Shown piece by piece: positions 49,497 to 59,559 of a stretch of DNA of 64,000 nucleotides (the stretch's first letter is position 1; the number at the start of each line of letters is the position of its first letter). The notes below the pieces were generated by a model, which saw only the letters and a list, made by a program, of their open reading frames with translations, was not told the DNA's origin and made no database searches. Location: positions 11,725 to 75,724 of the forward strand of contig JAHYJW010000002.1 in NCBI GenBank assembly GCA_019428815.1. Reading direction: 5' to 3'. The translations under genes and the position numbers were made by a program. This DNA is from Patescibacteria group bacterium (GTDB lineage: Archaea > Nanobdellota > Nanobdellia > Pacearchaeales > GW2011-AR1).

Positions 49497-50507
49497 TTAT
49501 AGACATTCCTTCTTCCATTTAACCTCTACCTCATCTGTTCTTTGTCTTGGCATAATATCTAAGGTATCTGCAAGTTCTGGCTTAATCTTTATCCCAGATT
49601 TTAATATAATCTCCCCTAAGAATGCTATCATAGCGCCTTGATCCATAAGAAATTGTTTTTCAGGGCAAAAAAATTTGGTTCCTCTTTCCTTACACATAAT
49701 CTTACACATTTCCTGAAGTCTAAGATTACAAGATACACCCCCTCCTAAAAGAAGCTCATTTTTTTCAGTGTGCGCTAAAGCTCTTTCAGCAGTTTCAACT
49801 AACATAGCAAAAACTGTTTCCTGCATTGAATAAGCTAAATCCTCAAGAGAGTATTTCCCTGTTTCTATTTTTTGTCTTAAGTTTGTAAGAATTCCTGAAA
49901 GAGCAATATCCATCCCCTTTACAGTGTAAGGTAATTCAATAAAGTTTTTTCTTTTAGAACCCTCTTTTGCTAATTTTTCAACAATTGGACCTCCAGGGAA
50001 ACCGATTCCAGAATATCTTGCAAAGTTATCAATAAAATTTCCCACCCCAACATCTAAAGTTTCACCAAAAACTCTAAATTTTTGGGAGGCATAAGCGATA
50101 ATTTGAGTATTTGCTCCAGAAACATACAACATTACCGGATCTTTTGTTCCAGTAATTTTTCCTACCTCAAGATGCGCAATACAATGATTTACGGGAATCA
50201 GGGGAATGTTCAAATTTTTTGAAATCTCTTTTGCAAATCTTATACCTACAAGAAGACAGGGGGATAGCCCAGGGCCTTGAGAAAATGCAACTGCATCAAT
50301 CTCCTTTTCTTTTATTTTAGCTTCTTTTAGTGCTTTAGAATAAACTTCTTTTTTTATTATTTCATGATGTTTAGCAGATTCTAAGGGAATAATCCCCCCT
50401 TTTTTTGTTGTATAACTATCTTTGATATTCGAAATAATTTTCCCGTCTTTAACTACTCCGACTCCGAAAGTATGTGCAGTAGACTCTATACCTAAAACTA
50501 TGGCCAT
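49497..50507 (-). CDS. kae1: tRNA t6A synthase Kae1
   Basis: LGIESTAHT, HCIAH, YVSGANTQ, GETLD, R.R.DEV. Confidence 0.95.
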   Translation of the reverse strand: MAIVLGIESTAHTFGVGVVKDGKIISNIKDSYTTKKGGIIPLESAKHHEIIKKEVYSKALKEAKIKEKEIDAVAFSQGPGLSPCLLVGIRFAKEISKNLNIPLIPVNHCIAHLEVGKITGTKDPVMLYVSGANTQIIAYASQKFRVFGETLDVGVGNFIDNFARYSGIGFPGGPIVEKLAKEGSKRKNFIELPYTVKGMDIALSGILTNLRQKIETGKYSLEDLAYSMQETVFAMLVETAERALAHTEKNELLLGGGVSCNLRLQEMCKIMCKERGTKFFCPEKQFLMDQGAMIAFLGEIILKSGIKIKPELADTLDIMPRQRTDEVEVKWKKECL

Positions 50508-50555
50508 TTGTATAACCATCAAAATAATTATAAATAACTTTTCATTTTAACATTT

Positions 50556-51368
50556 ATGGACTTAGCTGTTGTTTATATGGTTGCCGGACTTTCTTCAAGA
50601 TTTGGGGGCAAGATAAAACAATTTGCTAAAGTTGGACCAAAAAATGAAACTCTCATTGAGTATTCTATAAATCAAGCGATAAATGTAGGGTTTAATAAAA
50701 TAATTTTTATTGTTGGAGAAAAAACAGAAAAACAATTCAAAGAGATGTTTGGTAAAGAATACAAGGGAATTAAAGTGGACTATGCACTACAAAATTTTGA
50801 TCCCAAAGAAAGAGATAAACCTTGGGGAACGGTTGATGCATTATGCTCTGCAGAAGAGTTGATTGACTCTCCATTTGTTGTTTGTAATGGAGATGATATC
50901 TATGGAGAAAAGACTTTTGAAATATTATTTAATCATTTAAAAAAAGAAAATACCCCTGCAACAATTGGTTATGAATTAAAAAATGTTCTTTCAGAAGAAG
51001 GAACAGTTAATAGGGGGATATTTGAACTTGAAGGGGATTTAGTAAAATCAATAAAAGAAGTTTTTGAGATTTCTAAAGAGAATTTTATTGATAAAGGACT
51101 TAAAGGAAACACCCCCTGTAGTATGAATATTTTTGGTTTTGGACAAAGCATCTTAAACAATTTAAAACAATCTTTGGAGAGATTTAAAAAAGAAAAAAAG
51201 GGGGATCGAAAAGCAGAATGCCTTCTTTCACAAGAATTAGGGAATATGATTAAGAGGGGAGAAATAATCATGAGAATTTATCCTACCCCTGATAAATGGT
51301 TCGGAGTAACTAATCCTGAAGATGAAGAAAAAGTGAGAGAGGAATTAAAAAATTTAAAAAAAATTTAA
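50556..51368 (+). CDS. Sugar-phosphate nucleotidyltransferase family protein
   Basis: AGLSSRFGG.IKQ, KPWGT, NGDDIYG, WFGVT. Confidence 0.85.
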   Translation: MDLAVVYMVAGLSSRFGGKIKQFAKVGPKNETLIEYSINQAINVGFNKIIFIVGEKTEKQFKEMFGKEYKGIKVDYALQNFDPKERDKPWGTVDALCSAEELIDSPFVVCNGDDIYGEKTFEILFNHLKKENTPATIGYELKNVLSEEGTVNRGIFELEGDLVKSIKEVFEISKENFIDKGLKGNTPCSMNIFGFGQSILNNLKQSLERFKKEKKGDRKAECLLSQELGNMIKRGEIIMRIYPTPDKWFGVTNPEDEEKVREELKNLKKI

Positions 51369-51386
51369 AAAGAAAAACTTAGAAAA

Positions 51387-51575
51387 TTATTTTTTCTTTT
51401 TTTTAGTTGTTGCTTTTACTTTAGTAGCTTTTTTCTTTGCAGGTGCTTTTTTTGCACTTTTCTTTTTCTTGCCACCTCTAGCCATTTTTGCTTCACAAAC
51501 ATTTCCTAGTCCGTCAACATAATAAAGATGGCCTGGCTTTCTCTGAACAATACCTTTTATAAGAATTTTTCCCAT
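51387..51575 (-). CDS. Small basic protein, possible Cc1-like chromatin protein with Lys/Ala tail
   Basis: R..G.LYYVD..GNV..AKMARGG core plus KKAPAKKK tail; GGAGGT RBS. Confidence 0.6.
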   Translation of the reverse strand: MGKILIKGIVQRKPGHLYYVDGLGNVCEAKMARGGKKKKSAKKAPAKKKATKVKATTKKKKK

Positions 51576-51637
51576 TTGTGTTACCTCCTTTTAGTATTAT
51601 ATTACAAATTATAAAGGAAGATGATATTTAAATGTTT

Positions 51638-51991
51638 CTAATTATCGACGACAAAGCTAAATTCCTTTGAATATTTTTTGTTTAGAGGTATCTCTAAAAG
51701 TTTTTTAAAATTTCTAGGACCTTTAATATCTAATTTAAAGGGATTCACTTTTTCAACATTTATTATCTTATCTTTTTCATCAAGCCAAATTGCGATAAAT
51801 GGGAAAAAAACAAAAAATGAATGAATCCTTATACTTGTCGGTTGATTAAATTCAAATAATAATGCTTCTGCATTTTTTCTTCTTGTAAACATAAGTCCTA
51901 GAAATCTTTCAAAGAAATTACATTGTCTAACTATAACTTCTAATCTATGATTTTCAAAATCTAAAGAAATTTTCTTTTTCTTTTCTTTCAT
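51638..51991 (-). CDS. DUF192 family protein
   Basis: F.R..GLMF...LLFEF......IHSFFVFFP...IWLD...LEIP. Confidence 0.85.
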   Translation of the reverse strand: MKEKKKKISLDFENHRLEVIVRQCNFFERFLGLMFTRRKNAEALLFEFNQPTSIRIHSFFVFFPFIAIWLDEKDKIINVEKVNPFKLDIKGPRNFKKLLEIPLNKKYSKEFSFVVDN

Positions 51992-52418
51992 TTTGACCTG
52001 CCTGGAGGTTTTCCTCAAAATTATTTAACTGATGTAATTGATGTTTTTTATAAAGGCGATATTTTTGTTGTATATTTCTTTCACATACGTGATCATGGTG
52101 CCTAAATCCTCCCCCAAAGCTCATAGGGATATGCATGATTTCATGTATGATTATTTTAAGTTGTTCTTCTTTGTCCAGTTTATCAAATCTCTCAGAGATA
52201 AATTCTAATGCATAAAAAGGAGGAACATTCATTGCTTTTTGGATTAATTTTCCGATGGTGTGGCATCTTGCTATGGTCATCTTAGAAGAGCTTCCGTAAC
52301 TTCTAAAACATCTAACCCTGTCGATTCTAACTTTAGGAAAAATAGCTTTTGAAACATCTTCCATTATGCTTTGTAAATCTGGAGCAAATTCATATCTCAT
52401 TTTGTTTATTATACTCAT
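51954..52418 (-). CDS. Putative metallopeptidase (HExxH)
   Basis: RS.GS...IAR, F.KL...Q.K.IIHEIMHIP..F.GG.R.H. Confidence 0.75.
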   Translation of the reverse strand: MSIINKMRYEFAPDLQSIMEDVSKAIFPKVRIDRVRCFRSYGSSSKMTIARCHTIGKLIQKAMNVPPFYALEFISERFDKLDKEEQLKIIIHEIMHIPMSFGGGFRHHDHVCERNIQQKYRLYKKHQLHQLNNFEENLQAGQNERKEKENFFRF

Positions 52419-52518
52419 TACCCTATAAAAAGATAAACTGTTACTAAAGCGTAGAATAAATATTAAAGAATAACTTTTAGCATTTGTTTAAAATTCATAA
52501 AAAATAAAAAGTAGAGAT

Positions 52519-53382
52519 CTAAAATGGAAGAGGGCAACCTGTTGCTTCTGAAAATATTTCAAGTGTTCTTTGGCCAGTATGAAGTATCCCGTTAAATTGT
52601 ATTTCAGGAACTCCTTGGCCTTGCATCTCTTGAGTGCATCTTTCATAATTAGACTCACATTCTACATAAATAGAACTTACTGCTTCATGGCCCCCTAATA
52701 ATTCGACTAACTGAGCACAATAAGGACAAGTAGCAGAACCATAGATTACAGTTCCTTTATCTGCAAGGCACTCATTAAATTCTGTAAGTAAGGCTACTTC
52801 TTCTTCAGAGTACATTGTAGAAGAATCAGGATTATTATTTTGATCAGGATTAAATTCAAGACTTGTAGATGTTGGGATCAAATCCGGAATAAAATATTCT
52901 CCATCTTTGGTGATATAAAGAGGGAATACATCCCCTTCATAATTAACTGTAAATTCGTAGATATAACCTAAGTCTTCTGAATCAATAATTGTAAACTGTC
53001 CTCCAGGAACTAATTCTCCTAAAAAAGTAACTAATTTGTCACCTATTTCATCTTCGTTTAATATAACTTGGCCAGTAAAGAATCCTCCTTTACTAATACT
53101 AACAATCCCTAAAATTAGTAAGATACCCAAAAGAATAAAAGTGGTGTATTTCCAAATATCAGCTTTGTTTATTTTAAAGGATTTTTTTTCAGATTTTTTT
53201 ACCTTCTCTTCTTTTTTTTCTGTTTTTTCGTTAGAAACCGATTCTTTTTCAGTTGTTTTTATTTCTTTTTCTAAATCTTCTTCTTTTTTTTCTGTTTTTT
53301 CGTTAGAAACCGATTCTTTTTCAGTTGTTTTTATTTCTTTTTCTAAATCTTCTTCTTTTTTTTCTGTTTTTTCGTCAGTCAT
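52519..53382 (-). CDS. Membrane-anchored thioredoxin-fold protein
   Basis: TM helix, Y.TKDG.Y DsbC-like segment, YGSATCPYC, GVP. Confidence 0.8.
   Translation of the reverse strand: MTDEKTEKKEEDLEKEIKTTEKESVSNEKTEKKEEDLEKEIKTTEKESVSNEKTEKKEEKVKKSEKKSFKINKADIWKYTTFILLGILLILGIVSISKGGFFTGQVILNEDEIGDKLVTFLGELVPGGQFTIIDSEDLGYIYEFTVNYEGDVFPLYITKDGEYFIPDLIPTSTSLEFNPDQNNNPDSSTMYSEEEVALLTEFNECLADKGTVIYGSATCPYCAQLVELLGGHEAVSSIYVECESNYERCTQEMQGQGVPEIQFNGILHTGQRTLEIFSEATGCPLPF
53207..53375. repeat. In-frame 72-bp tandem repeat (about 2.3 copies)
   Basis: Encodes EKTEKKEEDLEKEIKTTEKESVSN twice plus a partial copy. Confidence 0.9.
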
Positions 53383-53442
53383 ATTAAATTTTCATAATTT
53401 TTAATATTAGATGTTATAAATTACCTTTTTTATATCTTTTGG

Positions 53443-54075
53443 TTATTTTAAAACATTCCCAGTTTCAGAATACCAAAGGTATAAGTCTAATTCTCCGAGT
53501 GTCAATCTTAATTTTTTTGAAAGAGAAAGGAGTTTTTTTTCTATTTCTAAATATTTTTTTCGATTTAGAGCTTTTTTATCTAAGGGGGCAATTAGTTTAT
53601 TTCTTACCAAAAAATCTATTATGTGAAAGTCTATTATTGCGAGATTTTTTTTACCAATATTCCTAAGAAAATGGCTTGCTTCTTTTAGCCCATAACCTTT
53701 TATATTTTTTACCAACCAGTCTCTCATTTCATATTCTGTTTTAAATGAATTAAGAATCTCCTTTAAATTAGAGGAATATTTTCTAGCATCAAAAATAAAC
53801 TTAGATCTCATATTTGGGAATCTATGACCCAACCGGTACAATTCTCCTGTAAGTTCTTTTAAACTTAAAAACAAAAATCCATCATTAATTTCTTTAGAAA
53901 TCTCAATTGATTTAAGAGCATTAAAATTTGCAGTTAAGATACAATAACATAATTCTTTAAAAATTTCTTTATTGTCTCTTTGACCCAAATCCTCAAATTC
54001 TTTAATACGCTTTTTTATCAACTTCGATACTTCTTTATTTTTTAAGTTCTCAACTAATTTTATTACTCTCCTCAT
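53443..54075 (-). CDS. ogg: 8-oxoguanine DNA glycosylase/AP lyase (archaeal OGG type)
   Basis: EL.YCILTAN, GHRFPN.R, KG.G.KEASHFLRN.G, AIID.H, terminal G.VLK. Confidence 0.92.
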   Translation of the reverse strand: MRRVIKLVENLKNKEVSKLIKKRIKEFEDLGQRDNKEIFKELCYCILTANFNALKSIEISKEINDGFLFLSLKELTGELYRLGHRFPNMRSKFIFDARKYSSNLKEILNSFKTEYEMRDWLVKNIKGYGLKEASHFLRNIGKKNLAIIDFHIIDFLVRNKLIAPLDKKALNRKKYLEIEKKLLSLSKKLRLTLGELDLYLWYSETGNVLK

Positions 54076-54686
54076 TTTATTTTTTTAATCTTTTCTAATA
54101 AAACATCTTTTTGTTTTTTGCTGGTATATGTCTTACCAAACTTAACTAACGTTGGGTTTATTTCCTTCCAGTAAATTTTAGGAAAGATTTTTTTAAGGTC
54201 TTCTTCAATTTTTTTTTGTTTCTTATGGCTAGTCCAACCCAAGTAATTAGAAATATAAGACAAATGAGTATCTACCCCAATGGTATCAAAACCTACTTCA
54301 GATAAGAAAACATTAGCTGTTTTTCTACCAACACCAGGGAGGGTTATTAAATCTTCAAATTCATAAGGAACTTTTCCCTTATGTTTGAGAACAATTTTCT
54401 TTGAACAATCCCTTATATTTTTAGCTTTATTTTTATAAAAATTTACAGAGAATACTAATCTTTCTATATCTCTAATTCTTCCCTTTGCTAATCTGAAGGG
54501 ATCAGGGTATTTAATAAATAATTTTTCAGCTGTTTTGATTGTTGTTTCATCTCTTGTTCTTGCGGAAAGGATGATTGCGATTAATGTTTTAAAATCAGAA
54601 TCCCAAGATTCTGCTGCGAGTCGCATTGGGGATTCTTTTTCAGAAAATTTTCTTAATTTATGAAGTTGTTTAATCTGTTTTTTCAT
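54072..54686 (-). CDS. nth: Endonuclease III-like HhH-GPD glycosylase lacking the Fe-S motif
   Basis: ILSART.D, LPGVGRKTAN, VDTH; no C-terminal Cys cluster. Confidence 0.88.
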   Translation of the reverse strand: MKKQIKQLHKLRKFSEKESPMRLAAESWDSDFKTLIAIILSARTRDETTIKTAEKLFIKYPDPFRLAKGRIRDIERLVFSVNFYKNKAKNIRDCSKKIVLKHKGKVPYEFEDLITLPGVGRKTANVFLSEVGFDTIGVDTHLSYISNYLGWTSHKKQKKIEEDLKKIFPKIYWKEINPTLVKFGKTYTSKKQKDVLLEKIKKIK

Positions 54687-54789
54687 TGGCTTAATTTTAT
54701 CTTATTATTTGGAAATAAATCTCTTAATCTGAAGATTATAACCATAGGTGATCTTAAAAGTTTTTATATTAGAAAAAAATGGTTACCTT

Positions 54790-55497
54790 ATGGAAGATTT
54801 ATTTTTAAAATTAAAAAAAATTGCAAACCCAGAAAAAGCAAGAATTTTACAACGTTTTTTTAAAACAGGTAAAGGAGAATACGGAGAAGGAGAGGTATTC
54901 CTAGGGATTAGTGTGCCAGATCAAAGAAAAATCTCCAAGGAGTATTACTCTAAACTAAATTTAAAAGACCTACAAAGGCTATTAGAAAGTAAGATTCATG
55001 AACATCGATTAATTGCTTTGATTATTCTAATTGAAAAATACAAAAAAGCTAATAAAAGTAAGTATGAAAAAAGAGAGATAGTTAATTTTTATTTGAAAAA
55101 TTTAAGTAGAGTAAACAGTTGGGATTTAGTTGACATTTCTGCACCAAAGATATTGGGTGATTTTATCTTAAAAGAGAAATCGAGTCTTTTAAGGGATCTT
55201 GCTAAATCTGAAAATTTGTGGGAAAGAAGGATATCAGTTGTTTCAACTTATGCATTTATCAAAAAAAATATTTTAGGAGAAACCCTTGCAATATCAGAAA
55301 TCTTATTAAATGACCAACATGATTTAATCCATAAAGCTGTTGGATGGATGTTAAGAGAGTTAGGAAAAAGGAATAAATCGGTTTTAGAATTATTTTTATT
55401 ACCAAGATATAAAAAAATGCCTAGAACAATGTTGAGGTATGCTATTGAAAAATTTTCACCAGAAGAAAGGAAGAGATACCTAAAAGGAGAAATATGA
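54790..55497 (+). CDS. DNA alkylation repair enzyme (AlkD-like)
   Basis: FFKTGKGEYGEG..FLG..VP, N.WDLVD, WERR, DLIHKAVGWMLRE, MPRTMLRYAIEK. Confidence 0.92.
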   Translation: MEDLFLKLKKIANPEKARILQRFFKTGKGEYGEGEVFLGISVPDQRKISKEYYSKLNLKDLQRLLESKIHEHRLIALIILIEKYKKANKSKYEKREIVNFYLKNLSRVNSWDLVDISAPKILGDFILKEKSSLLRDLAKSENLWERRISVVSTYAFIKKNILGETLAISEILLNDQHDLIHKAVGWMLRELGKRNKSVLELFLLPRYKKMPRTMLRYAIEKFSPEERKRYLKGEI

Positions 55498-56402
55498 AAA
55501 CAAATTTAAAAGAATTAAAGGAGAAAAAAACCATAAAAGAGCTATTAGAATTTGGTATCTTAAATATTGATAAATCTTCTGGACCAACAAGTTTTGATAT
55601 TTCAGACTTTGTAAGAAAAACACTATCATTGAAAAAAACATCTCACTTTGGAACCCTAGACCCTAAGGTGACTGGTGTTTTACCAATTGCTTTAAATCGT
55701 GCTTGTAAATTAACGGGATTCTTTATTGGAGAGGATAAAGAATACGTCGGAATAATGAGAATCCATGAAGATTTAGAAATAGAAAAAATTCGAGAAGCTA
55801 TAACTAAAAATTTTAAGGGTATAATTAAACAAACTCCTCCTGTAAAATCGAGGGTTAAAAGACAAGAAAGAGAAAGGGAGATAAAAGTTTTTGAGATTCT
55901 TGAAAAAGAAGGTCAAGATATACTCTTCAGAGTTGTTTGTCAAGGGGGGACATACATCAGGAAGTTAGTTCATGATTTGGGGATTTATCTCAAATGTGGC
56001 GCACATATGCTTGAGTTAAGAAGGACAAGAGCAGGGATATTTAAAGAAGAATCTGATTTGGAAAATCCAGGGCCAATGATAAACCTTTATGATTTTGAGA
56101 GGATAGTTAAAGATTTTCAAAAAGATCCTAAAGAAAATGAAGCGGCATTAAAAGAAATTATAATCCCGGGGGAGATTATCTCAGAGTTATATCCCATTGT
56201 TCAAATAAAAGATGAATACGTAGAAAAGATTCTTCATGGAAGCCCAATACATTATTCTCATTTAATCAACCCAGAAGATAAAAAAAACGATTGGAGATTT
56301 TGTGCGTTTAACAAAGAAAAGTTTATGGGAATTTATGAGGTTACTTCTGAAGGAGAGATATTTGCTAGGCCGCAATTTGTTTTACAACCAATTGAAAGTT
56401 AA
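55494..56402 (+). CDS. cbf5: Pseudouridine synthase Cbf5 (TruB family)
   Basis: DK..GPTS, H.GTLDPKVTG, Q.PPVKS.VKR, GTYIRKL.HD. Confidence 0.93.
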   Translation: MKTNLKELKEKKTIKELLEFGILNIDKSSGPTSFDISDFVRKTLSLKKTSHFGTLDPKVTGVLPIALNRACKLTGFFIGEDKEYVGIMRIHEDLEIEKIREAITKNFKGIIKQTPPVKSRVKRQEREREIKVFEILEKEGQDILFRVVCQGGTYIRKLVHDLGIYLKCGAHMLELRRTRAGIFKEESDLENPGPMINLYDFERIVKDFQKDPKENEAALKEIIIPGEIISELYPIVQIKDEYVEKILHGSPIHYSHLINPEDKKNDWRFCAFNKEKFMGIYEVTSEGEIFARPQFVLQPIES

Positions 56403-56414
56403 ACTATTGAAATT

Positions 56415-56470
56415 TATTAAACAAGTCTTATAAAATATAATATATTAAACAAGTCTTATAAAATATAATA
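56415..56470. repeat. Perfect 28-bp tandem duplication
   Basis: TATTAAACAAGTCTTATAAAATATAATA x2. Confidence 0.9.
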
Positions 56471-56508
56471 AATAAGATAGATTTTTAATACCTCTCTCTT
56501 TACAAATT

Positions 56509-57093
56509 ATGATGAGAAATTTTGTTTATTTTTCTGGAACAGCTAGAACTTCAGGAAATTTTGATGTTAATAACTTAATGAAATCTGGGAGAATGGATAT
56601 TGTTGTCCATTTCATAATAAATACCTTTTTTCTTTCACATAACTTAAGGGATGATGTAAAATTACATCTTATTTTTTATGGGCCTCCAGATCCGCCTAAA
56701 CATATAGAAATTCAAATTAAACCTGATACAGAAATTAGCAAAAAAGATGTAGCTAATTTAATTAAGAAAATCCTTTATAAGTATAAACCTAATCAAAAGA
56801 TAGAAGCTCATCCTGGATGTTATGTTGAAAAAAAAAGTCTTCTTAAATTAATTGATGAACTTTTAGAAGAAGAAAAAGAAATCTTTATTTTAGAAAAAGA
56901 TGGCAAACCCCTTAGAGATACAAAAATCCCAGAAGATAGTGTTTTCATAATCGGGGATCATTTAGGACTTCCAAAAAAAGAATTAAAAAGATTAAGGGGT
57001 GTTTCTAGTAAAATCTCTGCTGGTCCAGTAGTTTATTTTGCTAGTCAAATTGTTACAATATTAAACAATGAACTTGATATTCGGGGCCTTTAG
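56509..57093 (+). CDS. trmY: tRNA (pseudouridine54-N1)-methyltransferase (SPOUT)
   Basis: GRMDIV......FFLSH..R.D, FIIGDH.G, IS.GP....SQ. Confidence 0.85.
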   Translation: MMRNFVYFSGTARTSGNFDVNNLMKSGRMDIVVHFIINTFFLSHNLRDDVKLHLIFYGPPDPPKHIEIQIKPDTEISKKDVANLIKKILYKYKPNQKIEAHPGCYVEKKSLLKLIDELLEEEKEIFILEKDGKPLRDTKIPEDSVFIIGDHLGLPKKELKRLRGVSSKISAGPVVYFASQIVTILNNELDIRGL

Positions 57094-57239
57094 TCTATCA
57101 AACAAAAATTTACATAATATCTAAACTTAACTTTAAGTAGATATTCTAAGTCTTCTAAATCTACTCCAATATCATAAAGAAAGTTCATTTCTTCGTTTAT
57201 GTTTTTGGGTATTCTTTCTAAAAAAAAGTTTTGATTCAT
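57090..57239 (-). CDS. Possible 49-aa protein (not in ORF track)
   Basis: MNQNFFLERIPKNINEEMNFLYDIGVDLEDLEYLL... Confidence 0.35.
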   Translation of the reverse strand: MNQNFFLERIPKNINEEMNFLYDIGVDLEDLEYLLKVKFRYYVNFCLID

Positions 57240-57466
57240 TTTCTAGTAGGTTATCTCAAATTTGAAGATTTTTGTTGATTATGTGCCCCCAAAATTAAAA
57301 TTTAGGGGCTTTGGAAAAGAGGTTTTATTTGTAAATATCTTATACAACCTGAATGATAAGTATACTAAAAAAAGGGTTTATATATCGCTTATGAAAACCC
57401 TCTAAAGAACCAGGATATAGAGAATTGTTCCATAATCTTTTTAAAGAAAAAGCTTTATCTTTTTTG

Positions 57467-58204
57467 ATGGCGTTTCTTGCTCCCGAGTGGTTTTTAGGAA
57501 AGGATATTATGATGGGAATTTTTGTCTTAATTGTTTTAATTGTATTTTTTGTTTTAGCTTTTAAAGGATACCGCTTAAGCAAGAATAAAAGTTTATTAAA
57601 TTTAGGAATTGGCTTTGGTTTAATAGCCCTCGCACAAATTGCAAATCTTCTAACAAAATTTGTTATTTATTATGACACCCCTCTGATTTCCTCTATTGGA
57701 ACAATGATTATCCAATCAGGAGTTGTAAATTCAGTAAGTATCCTTTATGGGTTAAGTTTCTTTTTTCATAGATTTCTTTCTTTACTTGGTTTTTATCTTA
57801 TTTACAGACTCCCAAAAGAAAAGAAAGGGTATGGAGGAGATTTTGCTTTAGTAATTTTCTTTATTCTAATCTCTGCTTTCATAAGTAAGGAACAGTCGTA
57901 TATTTTTAACTTAACAGCACTATTTCTCTTAGTTTTAATTTCTATTAATTATTATGACTTATACAAAAAGAATAAATTTTTTAATACGAAAATTTTATTT
58001 ATGGGATTCATGATGCTAACCCTAACAAATTTGATTATGGTCTTTGGAAATTTTGATTTTATGTTCATTACCGGAAGTTTTTTAGAATTAATAAGTTATA
58101 CAGTCTTCTTAGGCCTTATCATTAAAATACTAAAAAATGGAAAGGAAACGAGGAAGAATGGAAATAATCTCAGATATGTTAACAATCGCTCAAGGAAAAA
58201 ATAA
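57467..58204 (+). CDS. Multi-pass (about 7 TM) membrane protein
   Basis: Seven hydrophobic segments; ATG 57467 preferred to TTG 57425. Confidence 0.7.
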   Translation: MAFLAPEWFLGKDIMMGIFVLIVLIVFFVLAFKGYRLSKNKSLLNLGIGFGLIALAQIANLLTKFVIYYDTPLISSIGTMIIQSGVVNSVSILYGLSFFFHRFLSLLGFYLIYRLPKEKKGYGGDFALVIFFILISAFISKEQSYIFNLTALFLLVLISINYYDLYKKNKFFNTKILFMGFMMLTLTNLIMVFGNFDFMFITGSFLELISYTVFLGLIIKILKNGKETRKNGNNLRYVNNRSRKK

Positions 58205-58409
58205 GGGCATTAAACCAACACATCTAATGTACAAGGCAAATTTATCACATAATCAAATGAAAATTTACCTCGAAGAGCTAATTGAAAAAAGCCTCATAAA
58301 AAAAGAAGGGGATAAAGCAGGTTTTCGGATATTTATTACTAAACAAGGCCAAGAATTCTTAGAGAAATATTCTCAGATTAGGGAACTTGAAAGAACATTT
58401 GGTCTTTAA
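58137..58409 (+). CDS. Winged-HTH transcriptional regulator (archaeal HTH_45 type)
   Basis: KR.R.EII.D.L.....[13 protein letters not shown]....YL..L....LI....IT..G..FL. Confidence 0.9.
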   Translation: MERKRGRMEIISDMLTIAQGKNKGIKPTHLMYKANLSHNQMKIYLEELIEKSLIKKEGDKAGFRIFITKQGQEFLEKYSQIRELERTFGL

Positions 58410-58567
58410 TCTTAAAGAAAATAGGATATCTCAAGTTTTAGGGATTAGATAACTGAAACAAAATTCTTAAAAAAATTAATGTAAATGAATTTTTAACAGT
58501 ATTGCAATAGAAATTTAAAAAAACAATCAGATAAAACTTAATAAATCCCTCTTTCTTTTTATATTAT

Positions 58568-58843
58568 ATGAAGAAATCAGTAAGACTTTATATTGAAGGT
58601 ATTGTGCAAGGATTATTTTTTAGGTCGTTTATCAAAGAAAATGCTGAAAGGTATAATGTAAAGGGGTTTGTGAGAAATCTAGAAGATGGACGTGTAGAGG
58701 TTTTTTTAGAAGGGGGAATAGATGATGTAAACAAAATGATAGAACTTTCAAAAAAAGGCCCAAAACATTCTCAAGTAAAAAAAGTTCAATTAAAGCCTGA
58801 AAGATTTCAAGATTTTAAAAGTTTCAAGATACTTCATATTTAA
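58568..58843 (+). CDS. acyP: Acylphosphatase
   Basis: G.VQG.FFR, GFVRNL.DGRVE. Confidence 0.93.
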   Translation: MKKSVRLYIEGIVQGLFFRSFIKENAERYNVKGFVRNLEDGRVEVFLEGGIDDVNKMIELSKKGPKHSQVKKVQLKPERFQDFKSFKILHI

Positions 58844-58928
58844 AATTATTAAAATTATCAAAAAATAAAATAAAGGAAATAAAGGAAATTTTTCTTACTG
58901 TATGAAACATTAAAAAAAGAGAGATAAC

Positions 58929-59528
58929 ATGGATAATTTAGATATTATGAAGAGAGAAAAGGTTTTAGAAATTCTAAAAAAATATAATTCTCAAGATTCA
59001 GATTTTATTCATTTTTTAGAAAGCGAAGCGGTTATGAGAGAATTAGCCAAAAAAATAGAACTAAAGGACGAAGAAGTCAATTATTGGGCAATTATAGGAT
59101 TAATTCATGATATTGATTGGGGCCTTACAAAGAATGATGTTCAAACTCATTTAAAAAAAGCTCCTGAAATCTTAAAAAAAGAAGGTTTTTCAGAAGAATT
59201 TATTGAGACTGTGATTAGTCATGGTTATGGTTGTGAGGAAATCCCCCATCTAAGAGATAAAAAAAGAACAAAAAGAATTGAACATGCTTTAGCTGCTTCT
59301 GAAACAATCACTGGTTTAATTCATGCATATGCTTTAATGCGTGGTAAAAAAATAGAAGATATGGACTATAAAGGTTTGAAAAAAAAATTTAAAGATAAAT
59401 CTTTTGCAGCAAAGGTTAATCGTGAGATCATAAAAGAATGTGAAAAGGTTGGTTTAAGCTTAGATGATTTTTTTAAAATCTCAATAGAAGGTATCAAAAA
59501 AATAAAAAACCAGGTAGGTCTAGAGTAA
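58929..59528 (+). CDS. HD-superfamily hydrolase
   Basis: H....EAVMR.LA, GLIHDID, SH, KKKFKDKSFAA.VNRE.I. Confidence 0.88.
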   Translation: MDNLDIMKREKVLEILKKYNSQDSDFIHFLESEAVMRELAKKIELKDEEVNYWAIIGLIHDIDWGLTKNDVQTHLKKAPEILKKEGFSEEFIETVISHGYGCEEIPHLRDKKRTKRIEHALAASETITGLIHAYALMRGKKIEDMDYKGLKKKFKDKSFAAKVNREIIKECEKVGLSLDDFFKISIEGIKKIKNQVGLE

Positions 59529-59559
59529 AAAATAAAAAGATTAAATTCTTTAAAAAAAT

